A stretch of 64,000 bases of DNA from a bacterium (GCA_963693055.1 OY843751.1:1600001-1664000), one strand, 5' to 3'. Shown: positions 1-10,958, numbered from the stretch's first letter. A program made the numbers and translations. The notes: a model not told the origin generated them from the sequence alone.

Positions 1-1333
1 TCGAGTATTTGGGATTATTTGCAAGATTGTTTTTTTCATACGGATCTTTTTCCAGGTCGTACAATTCTTCATAAATCGGATTTTGTTCTATATATCTCAG
101 ATATTTAAATTTGTGTGTAACAACCCCCTCGGATTTTGGAATGCGTTCATGATCAAATAAATGCTCATAAAAGAAATCAGTTCTCCATTCGGGATTTTTT
201 GCAGAAACAACCGGTTTAAGACTTTTTCCCTGCATTTCTTCCGGTATTGTTAGACCGGCATAGTCGAGAATGGTTGGTGCAAGATCAATATTTAAGGCCA
301 TTTGAGAATATTTTCTGCCGTGTTGAGATTTGGGCAGGTGGGGATCGTGAATGATCATGGGAACCCGTATAGACTCTTCATGTCCGTACCATTTACCGGC
401 AAGACCATGTTCACCCAGATAGAATCCATTATCACCGGTATATATAATGACGGTATTTTGATCCAGGTTGTTTTGCTTTAATGTATTCATAATTCGTTCA
501 ACCACCTTGTCTACTCCTGTTATCAGGCGGTAATACCCTTTGACAGAATTTTGGTATTTTTCGGGAGTAGAAAAACGAATATCCCAGCGGCGCCGGGCTT
601 CGTTGTCTTTTTTGAAAAAAGCGGGAAAGCTGTCATAATATTGGGGGTCTGCTGTTTCTGGTTCAGGTATGGTAACGTCTTTGTACAGATCTTTGTACTG
701 TGGATCATAGATGAACTGACGGGGATCACCATCCTGCACGTGCGGTGCTTTAAAGCTGATGGATAAGCAAAACGGGGCTTGATTGTTCTGCATGTTCAGA
801 AATTCTTCTGCCTGGTCTCCCATAATGCTGGTCAAATGTTTGTAATTTCCCTTCGGATCGGTTTGTTCATATTTGGGTTGTCCGAGAATGCCTTTCCAAT
901 AATCAAAATAAGATTCCGGCATTGTGTTGCCCACACCCCATTTGCCAATAAAACCGGTCATGTATCCTGCCTGTTTTAATAACAGGGGATAGGTATTGTT
1001 TAATGCATTCTGGGTAAAGGAAGTTGAAAAACCATGTATACCATGCCTGCGGGCATATTGTCCACTGAATATACTTGCGCGGCTTGTACAACAAATGGAT
1101 GTTGTAACAAATGCATTGGTAAACATTGCGCCATCACCTGCAAGGGCATCAATATTGGGTGTTTGGATGATTGAATTTCCGGCACATCCTAGTGCGTCCC
1201 ATCTTTGGTCGTCAGTCAGTAAAAGAATGATGTTGGGTGGTTTTTGCGGACCTTTTGAGCATGATATAAATGGAGTAGTTGCTGCCAAGCCTGCAATGTT
1301 TTTAATAAACTGCCTGCGCGATGATTTTTTCAT
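1..1333 (-). CDS. Sulfatase with Tat/lipoprotein-like signal, 3' end outside the window
   Basis: Not in the ORF track. Manual translation from ATG at 1333 gives MKKSSRRQFIKNIAG...PNIILLLTDDQRWD...TPNID...TTSICCTSRASIFSGQY, which are sulfatase N-terminal motifs. Confidence 0.92.
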   Translation of the reverse strand, partial: MKKSSRRQFIKNIAGLAATTPFISCSKGPQKPPNIILLLTDDQRWDALGCAGNSIIQTPNIDALAGDGAMFTNAFVTTSICCTSRASIFSGQYARRHGIHGFSTSFTQNALNNTYPLLLKQAGYMTGFIGKWGVGNTMPESYFDYWKGILGQPKYEQTDPKGNYKHLTSIMGDQAEEFLNMQNNQAPFCLSISFKAPHVQDGDPRQFIYDPQYKDLYKDVTIPEPETADPQYYDSFPAFFKKDNEARRRWDIRFSTPEKYQNSVKGYYRLITGVDKVVERIMNTLKQNNLDQNTVIIYTGDNGFYLGEHGLAGKWYGHEESIRVPMIIHDPHLPKSQHGRKYSQMALNIDLAPTILDYAGLTIPEEMQGKSLKPVVSAKNPEWRTDFFYEHLFDHERIPKSEGVVTHKFKYLRYIEQNPIYEELYDLEKDPYEKNNLANNPKYS

Positions 1334-1336
1334 GGC

Positions 1337-1987
1337 TTATCCTTGTATTATTTGTGTTTCCTGAACAGTTCCACCGCAGATATTGCTAACTCGTTCCAAA
1401 AATGTTTTATTATATGTTTCCAGTTGCGAGTCTGGCAGAGAAGTTGGGGCAAAAATTAACAATAGAGCGTTTTGGGTTTGTACATCAACTGCTGTTCGTT
1501 TGGAATCTGTTATGGGAGATCCAAAGGGACCCTGGTTATCTGCAACACAAAACCGATCATATAAATGGACCTCGTTGTTATTGTGCCCAAAATATGATTC
1601 TCCTTCCAGTCCCATTCGAAAGGTAATATCTCCCTCAATCTTGTCTGCATCGTAAACACAAATAGGTAACAGAAAATCCAGTGAACACCAGTTGCCTGTA
1701 TCAACCAGGGTGTTTATAGAATAAAGTTCTTTATTTTTAATTGCACGATTTAATAACGCTTCTGACGATGGCCTGCGTTTGGTTGGGTCGAGCTTGATTG
1801 CTCTGAAAAATTCCCTGGCATATTGTACGCCATTTATTTGACTAATGGGAGTGTTTTCATATTGTTCTTTATATTGTTTTGCAGTAGAAAATAATTGTGA
1901 ATATGCAGTATTCTCTGTAGTGATCTGCAGGGAATTGACCGTGATCACACCGAGTTTGACAGGTAGATTTGATTCAATTTGCCACAT
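1337..1987 (-). CDS. Standalone B3/4 domain protein (PheRS beta editing-domain-like)
   Basis: DPTKRRPSSEALLNR, INTLVDTGNWCS, YDADKI and GSPITDS motifs. Confidence 0.85.
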   Translation of the reverse strand: MWQIESNLPVKLGVITVNSLQITTENTAYSQLFSTAKQYKEQYENTPISQINGVQYAREFFRAIKLDPTKRRPSSEALLNRAIKNKELYSINTLVDTGNWCSLDFLLPICVYDADKIEGDITFRMGLEGESYFGHNNNEVHLYDRFCVADNQGPFGSPITDSKRTAVDVQTQNALLLIFAPTSLPDSQLETYNKTFLERVSNICGGTVQETQIIQG

Positions 1988-2067
1988 AATTGTATCCGGT
2001 TTTATTTATAAATATAAATTTTTATATGTGAAAACCAATATAAAACTAGGTGTAATAGGGGGCGGGT

Positions 2068-2098
2068 AAAAAAAAAGACCGCCAATGGGCGGCGGTCC
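2068..2098 (-). terminator. Intrinsic terminator after alkaline phosphatase
   Basis: GACCGCC/GGCGGTC stem followed by a T-run on the minus strand. Confidence 0.7.
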
Positions 2099-2103
2099 TG
2101 TTT

Positions 2104-3213
2104 CTAAAGTTGAATGAATTGGATTATAGTCTTACCGATATGGGTATTATCCTGAATGCCTGCAAGGGTATCACTACCTGGTCCATATGCAAACAATGGT
2201 ACCATGGTACCAGAATGTCCGCCAGAAGTAAACAGGGCTTTGGTAACGGTTTTTTCTTCTATTGAACCATCTTGTAATGAAAATCCACCGGTTTCGTGAT
2301 CTGCGGTAACTATAACCAGTGTGTTTTCGTCCTGTTCCGCAAAATCCATTCCTGCACCAATAGCATCATCAAAATCAACCATTTCACCTATAATATATTC
2401 AGGTGCATTGTCATGACCACCCCAGTCAATTTGTGAGCCTTCAACCATAAGAATAAAGCCCTCTTTATTCTTTGACAAAATGCGGATTGCCTTTGCTGTC
2501 AATTCAGCCAATGAAATTTGACGTTCATGTGCTTGTGGGGGATGGTTGGGATATAGCAGGGCAGCAGCAGGTTTATCTTCATCCAGTTGATTATATTCTT
2601 CAGAGGTGAGGGCAAGCTGCATTCTCTGTTTCATTAATGATAACAGATCTTTGTCATCCTCTCGTTTGCTGTCTTTAGCCGATTTGGGTATAAAATAGGC
2701 CCATCCACTATTAAATAGAACAGTCAGAGGAAAATTTGCAACCTGTTCTGCTATTTCATTTTGCATTCCACGCTTTGCTACATGTGAAACAAATCCGGCA
2801 GGAGTTGCATGAGTCACTGAACATGTACTAACCAGCCCGGTTGCCATATCTTTTTCAATTGCGTATTCGAAAGCATTTTTTATAGGTTCACCATCTGGAG
2901 TTTGGCCGATTATTCCATTTGAGGTTTTTACACCCGTAGACATTGCAGTAGCGCCTGCTGCAGAATCTGTAACATATTTATTTTTAGAATGTGTTGTTAC
3001 TAATCCTAATGTTTTAAAGCGTTCCAGGTTTAAAGTCCCTTTTACAGTTTTACCTGCGGTAACCTGGCTTGTACCCATCCCATCACCAATAAAAATAATA
3101 ATGTTTTTTGGAATATTATTGGATTGAATTTCATCCTGACTTTTTGAAAAGTTTAGAAATGTAATAATGGTGAGTGCAACAAAAGTTAATATTATTACGA
3201 TTTTTTTTGGCAT
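2104..3213 (-). CDS. Alkaline phosphatase (PhoA family), secreted
   Basis: IFIGDGMG, VTDSAAGATA (catalytic Ser), HATPA, VEGSQIDWGGH and VTADHETGG motifs. Confidence 0.95.
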   Translation of the reverse strand: MPKKIVIILTFVALTIITFLNFSKSQDEIQSNNIPKNIIIFIGDGMGTSQVTAGKTVKGTLNLERFKTLGLVTTHSKNKYVTDSAAGATAMSTGVKTSNGIIGQTPDGEPIKNAFEYAIEKDMATGLVSTCSVTHATPAGFVSHVAKRGMQNEIAEQVANFPLTVLFNSGWAYFIPKSAKDSKREDDKDLLSLMKQRMQLALTSEEYNQLDEDKPAAALLYPNHPPQAHERQISLAELTAKAIRILSKNKEGFILMVEGSQIDWGGHDNAPEYIIGEMVDFDDAIGAGMDFAEQDENTLVIVTADHETGGFSLQDGSIEEKTVTKALFTSGGHSGTMVPLFAYGPGSDTLAGIQDNTHIGKTIIQFIQL

Positions 3214-3383
3214 TACGAGTCCTTTTCTGGTTCCATTTATTAATCTATACCTTCAGAATTCTAGAATTGAAGAAAAATATAATGAAATGATTGTTATATA
3301 ACAAATCAAATCACTAAAATTTGAATCCTTTTTTGAATTGTAATAATTTGTTGTTAATATAAAAAAAGCCCCCCTAATTTAAA

Positions 3384-3953
3384 TTACATGTTTTTAATAA
3401 ATTCTAATACCTGTTCACTGTCCATTGCGGCATTAACCTCGGTATTTTTGTAAACAAGTTTATTGTTTTTATCAAGAATAAATGTCCAACGAGATGTTGT
3501 TACATTTCGTTTTAGTGTAACCTTTTTACCATCAATTTCCCGTTCAATAGAACCACCATCTCGTGTTGGTACACCAAATGTTTCAGCAATTTTTCCCTCT
3601 GAATCTGAAAGCAGTGTGAAATTTAAATTGTTAGCGTCTTTAAAGTATTCCAGATTTTTAACATCGTCGCCACTTATTCCTACAACAGATGCGCCAGCCT
3701 CTTCCAGTTCAGCCTTGTGATCTCTAAACGCACAGGCTTGTTTTGTACATCCGCCAGTCATTGCTGCCGGGTAAAAATAGACCACCAGCGCTTTATCACC
3801 CGTATGTTCCTGTGATTTCCACAGATTGCCGTTATCATCCATTGCCTGAAAAGCAGGTATAGTATCTCCAATTGATCGTTTTGCACTGGTTTCTTTGCTG
3901 AATGAAAAGGAAATAGCAATTAAAAGGATAAGAATCGTTAATTTTATTTTCAT
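3384..3953 (-). CDS. BCP/PrxQ peroxiredoxin with signal peptide
   Basis: YFYPAAMTGGCTKQAC (PxxxTxxC with a resolving Cys), VVGIS and LLSD motifs. Confidence 0.92.
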   Translation of the reverse strand: MKIKLTILILLIAISFSFSKETSAKRSIGDTIPAFQAMDDNGNLWKSQEHTGDKALVVYFYPAAMTGGCTKQACAFRDHKAELEEAGASVVGISGDDVKNLEYFKDANNLNFTLLSDSEGKIAETFGVPTRDGGSIEREIDGKKVTLKRNVTTSRWTFILDKNNKLVYKNTEVNAAMDSEQVLEFIKNM

Positions 3954-4231
3954 TTTTTTCTCCGAACAGATAGTTTAGTTATGTTATTTTTAGATATTGC
4001 ATAACATGAAACATTTACATGTGATTTCTTATTTCCACCAAATAAAATCTTGTGTATTATTGCCTGTTTTTTATTACCTTAAAAGTCTATTTACAAAAAA
4101 TATATTTTAGTGGGAATATTTCCACCTTTATAAGCATCTAATCTGTGTAACTTGTTTGTAATGTATTTAAATGAGAACAAAATATATAGTTATACGTTAT
4201 TATTAAGGAATTAACTATAAAGGAAAAAGGA

Positions 4232-5350
4232 ATGATTAACAAAAAGTTGGCTTTTTTAATTGTATTTATTATTTTGGTATTGGGACTGGTTTTGCAAAAT
4301 GTCTTGAGTAATCAAAAACAGCCTATGCGACGTAGTAATGCATCGGCTATCCCACCCGTTAAAGTTTTAACAGTTGAAAATAAAGATATTGTATCACAAT
4401 TTGAAATTGGCGGTCATTTGACTGCATTTAATAATGTAGATATATATGCTGAAGTTTCCGGTATTTTACTTGAAACCCCGAAACGTTTCAAACCGGGTAC
4501 ACGTTTTAAAAAAGGTGATGTATTAATAAAAATTGATGATAGTGTATATAAAAATCAGGTTCTTGCTCAAAAAAGCAGTTTACTCAATCAATTAACCTTA
4601 TTATTGCCTGACCTCTCTATAGACTATCCTGATAATATTGCTGAATGGGAACAATATCTGCATGATTTTAAACTAGATAAACCTTTAGCTCCGCTCCCTG
4701 AACCATCATCTGATCAGGAACGTTATTATATTGCTTCAAATAATATTTATAATCTGTATTATACAGTTAAAAGCCAGGAAGCAACTTTGGAGAAATATAC
4801 AATCTCTGCTCCATATGATGGAATTGTTACCGAATCTAATATTAATCCGGGGACATTGGTACGAACCGGACAAAATTTGGGTGAATTTACAAATACTGAA
4901 ATGTATGAGATGGAAGCTTTTGCGAGTAATTATGAGGTTAAACAACTGCATATTGGTGATGTTGTAACACTTGCTACCGATGATGTTGAAGGTAAATTCA
5001 AGGGAACTATACAGCGTATCAATCAGGTTATTGATCCGAATTCACAAACACTCAAAGTATATATTGTGACTACTGACAATCGTTTAAGAGAGGGTATGTA
5101 TTGTACTGCAACTATTAATACCCGAGAAATTAAAAATGCCTGTCGTGTCAGCCGTAATTTGTTGGTCGGTGAAGCCAATTTATACAAGATCCAGCAGGAT
5201 TCAACATTAAGACTTGTTGATATAAATGTTGTTACCGGTGATGATGATGATGTTATTATACAGGGCCTTGCAGACGGAACAATGTTGTTGGGTCAGCCCA
5301 TGACAAATGCGTACAATGGTATGAAAATTGGCAAAATGATCACAAATTAA
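4232..5350 (+). CDS. RND efflux periplasmic adaptor (MFP)
   Basis: N-terminal anchor, AEVSG..KKGDVLIKID and ISAPYDGIV lipoyl-like motifs; directly upstream of the RND permease. Confidence 0.92.
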   Translation: MINKKLAFLIVFIILVLGLVLQNVLSNQKQPMRRSNASAIPPVKVLTVENKDIVSQFEIGGHLTAFNNVDIYAEVSGILLETPKRFKPGTRFKKGDVLIKIDDSVYKNQVLAQKSSLLNQLTLLLPDLSIDYPDNIAEWEQYLHDFKLDKPLAPLPEPSSDQERYYIASNNIYNLYYTVKSQEATLEKYTISAPYDGIVTESNINPGTLVRTGQNLGEFTNTEMYEMEAFASNYEVKQLHIGDVVTLATDDVEGKFKGTIQRINQVIDPNSQTLKVYIVTTDNRLREGMYCTATINTREIKNACRVSRNLLVGEANLYKIQQDSTLRLVDINVVTGDDDDVIIQGLADGTMLLGQPMTNAYNGMKIGKMITN

Positions 5351-5367
5351 GCTGAAAGTTTCTTCTT

Positions 5368-8300
5368 ATGAAAAATTTGATTCGCTATTTTATAAAGTTT
5401 CCCATTCTTGGGAACACGATCCTCTTTACTATGGTCTTGTTTGGAATTTTTGGGTTTAAAAGTACACGTACCACATTTTTTCCACCTGTACCCAGTAAAT
5501 ATATTATGATATCTGCTAGTTATCCTGGTGCGGCTCCGGATGAAATTGAAGAGGCTATTGTTCTTAAAATTGAAGATAATTTAAAAGGTGTAACTGGTGT
5601 AGAACGTGTAACCTCTGTTTCCCGTGAAAATGCGTGTTCAATTAATGTGGAAATGACAACCGGATATGATATTGATGTTGTTTTACAGGATGTAAAAAAC
5701 GCTGTTGAGCAGGTAAGCACCTTCCCCGATGGTATGGAACAACTCAAAGTTTTTAAACAGGAAATGATCAGTTTTGCGGCGGATTTTGTTATAAGCGGGG
5801 ATGTTGATCTCAAGGTATTAAAACAATACTCGCGAAAAGCCGAACGCGATTTACTCTCCATGGATGGCATTTCCAAAGTTTCCCTGAGTGGTTTCCCTAA
5901 TGAGGAAATTGAAATCAGTATGCGCGAAAATGACCTTCGTGCATTGGGTTTGACATTCACCGAAGTTGTAAATTCAATAAGAAAAGCCAATATCAAAGTG
6001 ACCGGTGGTACAATCAAGGGGAAAAAAGAAGAATTACAAATTCGTGCAGATTTAAAAGGATACTATGCCAAAGATCTGGCAAATCATGTTCTCCGTACTA
6101 CTGATGATGGAAATGTTATATATTTAAAAGATGTAGCTGATGTAATAGATAGATGGTCTGAGAGTCCGAACCGTGTATATTTTAACGGTCAACGTTGTGT
6201 TCGTGTTACTATACAAAATTTGAATGAAGAAGATCTGTTCCATATTGCAGGTCAGGTTAAAGAATATGTAGCTGATTTTAACAATACACATAGCGATGCC
6301 AAGGCTTTTGTCCTTCGGGATGGTTCTGAAATTATCAAAGAACGTATTGATATTTTAACTTCAAACGGCTTGCTGGGAATGTTTCTGGTATTGTTACTTT
6401 TAACGCTGTCCCTCAATATCCGGATGGCATTCTGGGTTGCAGTTGCAATTCCTATATCATTTGCCGGTATGTTCATGTTGTCACCATTTTATGATCTGAC
6501 CATTAATGTTATGTCATTAATGGCGATGATTTTGGTGTTGGGTATTCTGGTGGATGATGGAATTGTGATTGCTGAAAATATTTATCAGCATCATGAGCGC
6601 GGTAAAAAACCTATTCAGGCTGCAGTTGATGGAACCATTGAAGTTTTACCTTCGGTTACCGCTTCTATATTAACAACTGTCGTTGTTTTTTCAACTTTTT
6701 TCTTTCTGGAAGGTGGTTTGGGAGACCGTGCACGAGATATTGCATTTGTTGTAATTGCAACATTAATGATCTCGCTTGTTGAAGGTATGTTTATTTTGCC
6801 GGCACATATAGCCCATTCACGTGCTTTGCGTGTTTCGAAAGATCAGGTAAGCAAGTTTGAAAAATGGACCGATACGGGATTAAAGAAAATTCGTGATAAA
6901 GTATATTCACCTGTATTGAAATTTGCTATTCATCATCCCGTTGTTGTTTTGTCCATACCGATTGCAGTTATGATGATAACGGTTGGAGCGTTAAAGGGTG
7001 GTATACTTAAAACGACGTTTTTCCCGTTTATTGAAAGACGATCTGTTAATATTACGCTTGAAATGCCCGCAGGTACTCCGGTAGCCATCACTGACAGTAT
7101 TCTGGCAGGCATTGAAACGCATGTTTGGGAAGTCAACGACATGTATAAAGAAAGCCATAATGGTCAGGAACTGGTTACGGAGCTATCGCGTAATGTTGGA
7201 GGCGGTACTCACCAAGGAGGTCTGCGTGTTGAATTGATCAGTGGTGAGCACCGGGACTGGTCCAGTATGGATGTTCAAAATCATCTCCGTAATCAGATTG
7301 GAATTGTACCCGGAGCCCAGACATTTCAGGTAGGTGGCGGCGGCAATTTTGGTATGCCCGTCTCTATAGCCATGCATGGTGATGATTTGGATGAACTGCG
7401 CGAAGCCAAAGAAATTCTTAAAGGAGAATTGCGTCAGCTTGAAAAGCTCAAAGATGTTATTGATGACGATCCACCAGGATTACGAGAAGTTCATATTCAA
7501 CTCAAGGAAAAAGCTTTTGCTCTTGGTTTAAATACTGCAGATGTAGTTGCCCAGGTAAGAAGTGGATTCTTTGGGAGTGAAGCACAACGGATATTACGTG
7601 GCATTGACGAAGTCAAGATCTGGGCAAGGTATACTGAACAGGACCGCTCATCCATTAAAGATCTTGAAGATATGCGGATCCGTTTGTCTGATGGAAGAGA
7701 GTTTCCTCTCAAAGAAATTGCAGATTTTACTATTCAACGTGGTGTTATGGCCATTAACCATATTGATGCCCAGCGGGTTATCTCGGTAGAAGCTGATGTC
7801 GCAAATCAAAAAGATTCTGTACCCGAGATTATTTCTCAGATCAGGGCTGAAATTTTACCGGATATTGCAAAACAGTTCCCTGATATTCATTTTGATTTTG
7901 AAGGTCAAAGTCGTGAAAATGCAAAAACAGTTAGAGCTATGCAACGGGTTTTGCCACCTGTGCTGATTATGATGTTTTTTATTGTTGTTGTAACCTTTAG
8001 ATCTTTTTCTCAGGCTACTATAGTGTTCTCACTGATACCTTTTAGTTTGATTGGTGTGCTTTGGGGCCATTATATTCAGGGACACATTGTGAGCATGTTG
8101 TCCTTGTTTGGTACCATAGCACTTGCAGGTATTGTTGTTAATGATTCGCTTGTTTTTATTAGCGCATTCAATCAAAAATTGAAAAAAGGTGTTGAATTCA
8201 ATGAAGCGTTGTTAGATGCAGGACTTTCCAGGTTTAGACCGGTAATGCTGACTTCTTTGACTACCATTGGTGGTTTGGGACCCTTGATTTTTGAAAAAAG

Positions 8301-8511
8301 TCATCAGGCCCAGTTCTTGTCTCCTATGGCAATTTCGGTTGCATATGGTTTGATTTTCGGTACTTTGATTACCCTGATTGTGTTGCCATCTTTTCTCTCT
8401 GTTGCGAGTAGCATTCGGGTTTTCGGTTTTAAATTGGCTACCGGTAAATCTACAGAACCTGCAGCCCTTGAACCGGCAGTACGTGAAGACGTTTTTGCTT
8501 CAAAATATTAG
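5368..8511 (+). CDS. RND efflux permease (AcrB/D/F family)
   Basis: 1047 aa; LGILVDDGIVIAENI, GIVVNDSLV and SRFRPVMLTSLTT motifs. Confidence 0.96.
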   Translation: MKNLIRYFIKFPILGNTILFTMVLFGIFGFKSTRTTFFPPVPSKYIMISASYPGAAPDEIEEAIVLKIEDNLKGVTGVERVTSVSRENACSINVEMTTGYDIDVVLQDVKNAVEQVSTFPDGMEQLKVFKQEMISFAADFVISGDVDLKVLKQYSRKAERDLLSMDGISKVSLSGFPNEEIEISMRENDLRALGLTFTEVVNSIRKANIKVTGGTIKGKKEELQIRADLKGYYAKDLANHVLRTTDDGNVIYLKDVADVIDRWSESPNRVYFNGQRCVRVTIQNLNEEDLFHIAGQVKEYVADFNNTHSDAKAFVLRDGSEIIKERIDILTSNGLLGMFLVLLLLTLSLNIRMAFWVAVAIPISFAGMFMLSPFYDLTINVMSLMAMILVLGILVDDGIVIAENIYQHHERGKKPIQAAVDGTIEVLPSVTASILTTVVVFSTFFFLEGGLGDRARDIAFVVIATLMISLVEGMFILPAHIAHSRALRVSKDQVSKFEKWTDTGLKKIRDKVYSPVLKFAIHHPVVVLSIPIAVMMITVGALKGGILKTTFFPFIERRSVNITLEMPAGTPVAITDSILAGIETHVWEVNDMYKESHNGQELVTELSRNVGGGTHQGGLRVELISGEHRDWSSMDVQNHLRNQIGIVPGAQTFQVGGGGNFGMPVSIAMHGDDLDELREAKEILKGELRQLEKLKDVIDDDPPGLREVHIQLKEKAFALGLNTADVVAQVRSGFFGSEAQRILRGIDEVKIWARYTEQDRSSIKDLEDMRIRLSDGREFPLKEIADFTIQRGVMAINHIDAQRVISVEADVANQKDSVPEIISQIRAEILPDIAKQFPDIHFDFEGQSRENAKTVRAMQRVLPPVLIMMFFIVVVTFRSFSQATIVFSLIPFSLIGVLWGHYIQGHIVSMLSLFGTIALAGIVVNDSLVFISAFNQKLKKGVEFNEALLDAGLSRFRPVMLTSLTTIGGLGPLIFEKSHQAQFLSPMAISVAYGLIFGTLITLIVLPSFLSVASSIRVFGFKLATGKSTEPAALEPAVREDVFASKY

Positions 8512-8546
8512 AATTTGACATAGATTTTAATCACAGGATTGTTGAT

Positions 8547-9827
8547 ATGAATTTTAGATTTTTGTTTTTTTTAATTCTTTTTTCAGTTGCATTGCATGCA
8601 CAAGAGGTATTGACATTTCAGGATGCTGTTAAAATTGCAATGGAAAAGAACCACCAGATACAGATTGCAGAGAATACAAATAAAATTGCACAAAATAATG
8701 TAAATATTGGTAACGCAGGTATGCTGCCCCGGCTGAGTCTGACCTCTTCCGGATCATATCAGGACTCTGAATATGACGGAAATGCATCCAATTCCACGAC
8801 TACATCTGCGGCTGCAGAGTTGAGTTATACCTTGTTTGATGGATTTGGTAATATTTATCGTTTCAAGAGATTACAGGCCGCGGGTATGGCGGGCGAGCTT
8901 GCATCCCGCTTTCAGATTGAATCTACTTTGTACAATGTAAGCAGCGGCTATTATAGCGCTGCGCTGGCATCTGAAAATCTTCAAATTGCATTTGATCAAC
9001 TGGGAATTTCGCAGGAACGACTTGACCGGGCAGAAAAGAAGGCCCAGTATGGTCAGGCAAATGCCATTGAAGTTTTGTCGGCGCAAGTAGATTTTAACGC
9101 GGACAGTGTTGCGGTATTGAACGCGGAACTGGAATTGAATAAAGCCCGCCGGTTGTTGAACCAGTTGCTGAGCCGTAATATCAACGATATATATGATGTT
9201 GAATCCGTTGTTGATTTTATACCCGCATTGAATCCGGATGAATTAAAATCCAGGGCATTAAATAATAATGCCGCATACTTGCTGGAAGTGAACCAGCTTG
9301 AACAGGAAAAGCTGAATGTAAAAATTGCACGATCAGCCAGTTTACCTTCTGTGGGATTGACTAGTTCATACGGTTACAGTCAAACAGAGGCTGGGAAGCA
9401 TATCGGTTTGGATGATCCCGCCAAAACACTTCGAGTAGGTGCATCCATCAGTTTAAATTTGTTTAACGGATTTCAGACCCGTATCAATCAGCAGAATGCC
9501 AAACTGACCTATCAGAACCAGCAGTTGTACGAGCAGGAAGCCAAGCTTGCGTTAGAGACAGAAATCTCGAATGCTTGGGAAGCCTATACCAACAGCCGTA
9601 GTGTGCTGGACTTGCAGCAGAAAAATCTGGAAGCGGCAGAACTGAATTTTAAACGAACCCAGGAACTGTTTAACCTGGGACAAGCAACAACCACCCAATT
9701 CAGAGAAGCGCAGTTGAATCTGATTGAAGCCAAGTACAGCATCTCTACCGCCAAGTACTCGGCAAAGCTACAAGAGATTGAGCTGTTACGCATCTCTGGT
9801 AATCTTGTTGGGAATGAAAAGTTGTAA
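8547..9827 (+). CDS. TolC-family outer membrane channel
   Basis: Signal peptide, LTFQDAVKIAMEKN, repeated LPxLxL and YTLFDG/LFNG motifs; operonic with the RND genes. Confidence 0.93.
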   Translation: MNFRFLFFLILFSVALHAQEVLTFQDAVKIAMEKNHQIQIAENTNKIAQNNVNIGNAGMLPRLSLTSSGSYQDSEYDGNASNSTTTSAAAELSYTLFDGFGNIYRFKRLQAAGMAGELASRFQIESTLYNVSSGYYSAALASENLQIAFDQLGISQERLDRAEKKAQYGQANAIEVLSAQVDFNADSVAVLNAELELNKARRLLNQLLSRNINDIYDVESVVDFIPALNPDELKSRALNNNAAYLLEVNQLEQEKLNVKIARSASLPSVGLTSSYGYSQTEAGKHIGLDDPAKTLRVGASISLNLFNGFQTRINQQNAKLTYQNQQLYEQEAKLALETEISNAWEAYTNSRSVLDLQQKNLEAAELNFKRTQELFNLGQATTTQFREAQLNLIEAKYSISTAKYSAKLQEIELLRISGNLVGNEKL

Positions 9828-9884
9828 GACTAAATTTTGATATATTTCTTCTGAGGATTCTGAAATCCTTGGGAGTTACTTTTT

Positions 9885-9916
9885 AAGGGCGTCTGGTTAA
9901 CAGGGGCCCTTTTTTT
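9885..9916 (+). terminator. Intrinsic terminator of the RND operon
   Basis: AAGGGC..CTG/CAG..GCCCTT stem followed by a T-run. Confidence 0.65.
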
Positions 9917-10121
9917 GTATCAAGTCCGCGATTTACCAGGCACTTGTCCTTCGATATGGATCGTTTTATGGCCCGACTCTGGAAGCGTGCCTGACAAATC
10001 TGAAACAATCCTGCTTTTTTCTGCAAAAGTTATAAATCCATGGATTTTTCTCTCGCTTCCTTTTTGAAAAATGATATATTTACTGCAATCAATATTTACA
10101 TTTATCATAGGAGATAGAAAC

Positions 10122-10298
10122 ATGGAAGCAACAGATAAAGTGATTGCTACAATGCAAGAAGCGGGAGAACCGTTGAATGCCGGTAAAATTGCCGAGTTGT
10201 CCGGGTTGGACCGCAAAGATGTGGATAAAGCAATGAAGACGCTCAAAGCAGAAGAGCGTATTGTTTCTCCCAAACGGTGTTACTGGGAACCGAAATAA
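10122..10298 (+). CDS. Small winged-helix (MarR-like) protein, 58 aa
   Basis: AGGAGA RBS before ATG 10122; [26 protein letters not shown]...SPKRCYW helix-turn-helix pattern. Confidence 0.85.
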   Translation: MEATDKVIATMQEAGEPLNAGKIAELSGLDRKDVDKAMKTLKAEERIVSPKRCYWEPK

Positions 10299-10324
10299 GT
10301 TTCATTGTTGAGATAATACAACCT

Positions 10325-10473
10325 GGTTCCGGGGCTCTGCCCTGGAACCGAAAACGTCCCAAGGCGGAGCCTTGGAACGAGAATGAAAATCCTTCCGAGG
10401 GTACTCAAGCCTCGGAAGGATATAAATTATTACCAGCCCTTCGATACATTCGCCTACGGCGAACACTCAGGGC
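10325..10473. repeat. Cluster of REP-like palindromes (an inverted doublet and two other hairpin types)
   Basis: Hairpins at 10325-10349 and 10359-10375 (inverted copies of each other), 10390-10420 and 10436-10473, between convergent genes. Confidence 0.7.
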
Positions 10474-10478
10474 CCGGT

Positions 10479-10892
10479 TTACAATTCACCCCGATTGATC
10501 TTTTCAAGACCTGCACGCAATTTATCCGGCAAGGGGATTTTGGTGAATTTTTTCTTGTCTACAGATACACTGACGGTTCTAACCGTTGCGGTTTGGGTTC
10601 CGTCTTGTTTGTATATGTTATAGAGCAGGGTATAGGCTGTGCTGCCAATGCGTTCGGCAGTGACTTGCACTGTGAGCTTGTCGCCACCGCGGATGGGGGA
10701 GAGATAATCTGCTTCTGAATGGACAAAGGGCAAAATAAAATCACAATCCGATATGATAGTATTAACCGGCAAATCCATTTTCTCCATCAATTCTTCATAG
10801 GCATCGTGAGTGATTTCATAGATTTTGGCGTAAAATAATATTCCGGCTGCGTCTGTGTGATAGAGTCGCGCTTGAGTGTGGTGTGTATACAT
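10479..10892 (-). CDS. Acyl-CoA thioesterase (4HBT/hotdog fold)
   Basis: RLYHTDAAGILFYA and HSEADYLSP motifs. Confidence 0.9.
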   Translation of the reverse strand: MYTHHTQARLYHTDAAGILFYAKIYEITHDAYEELMEKMDLPVNTIISDCDFILPFVHSEADYLSPIRGGDKLTVQVTAERIGSTAYTLLYNIYKQDGTQTATVRTVSVSVDKKKFTKIPLPDKLRAGLEKINRGEL

Positions 10893-10958
10893 CTGTTTGT
10901 TTTCCTTTTATGTTATGCAATATGTATGTAAAACTATGTTTATATAAAAATCAATTAA

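Noticed and set aside
523-1364. Short ORFs listed in the track
   Set aside because: Shadows of the minus-strand sulfatase at 1-1333
10277-10718. ORFs 10277-10498 and 10383-10718
   Set aside because: They read through palindromic repeats or lie antisense to the thioesterase
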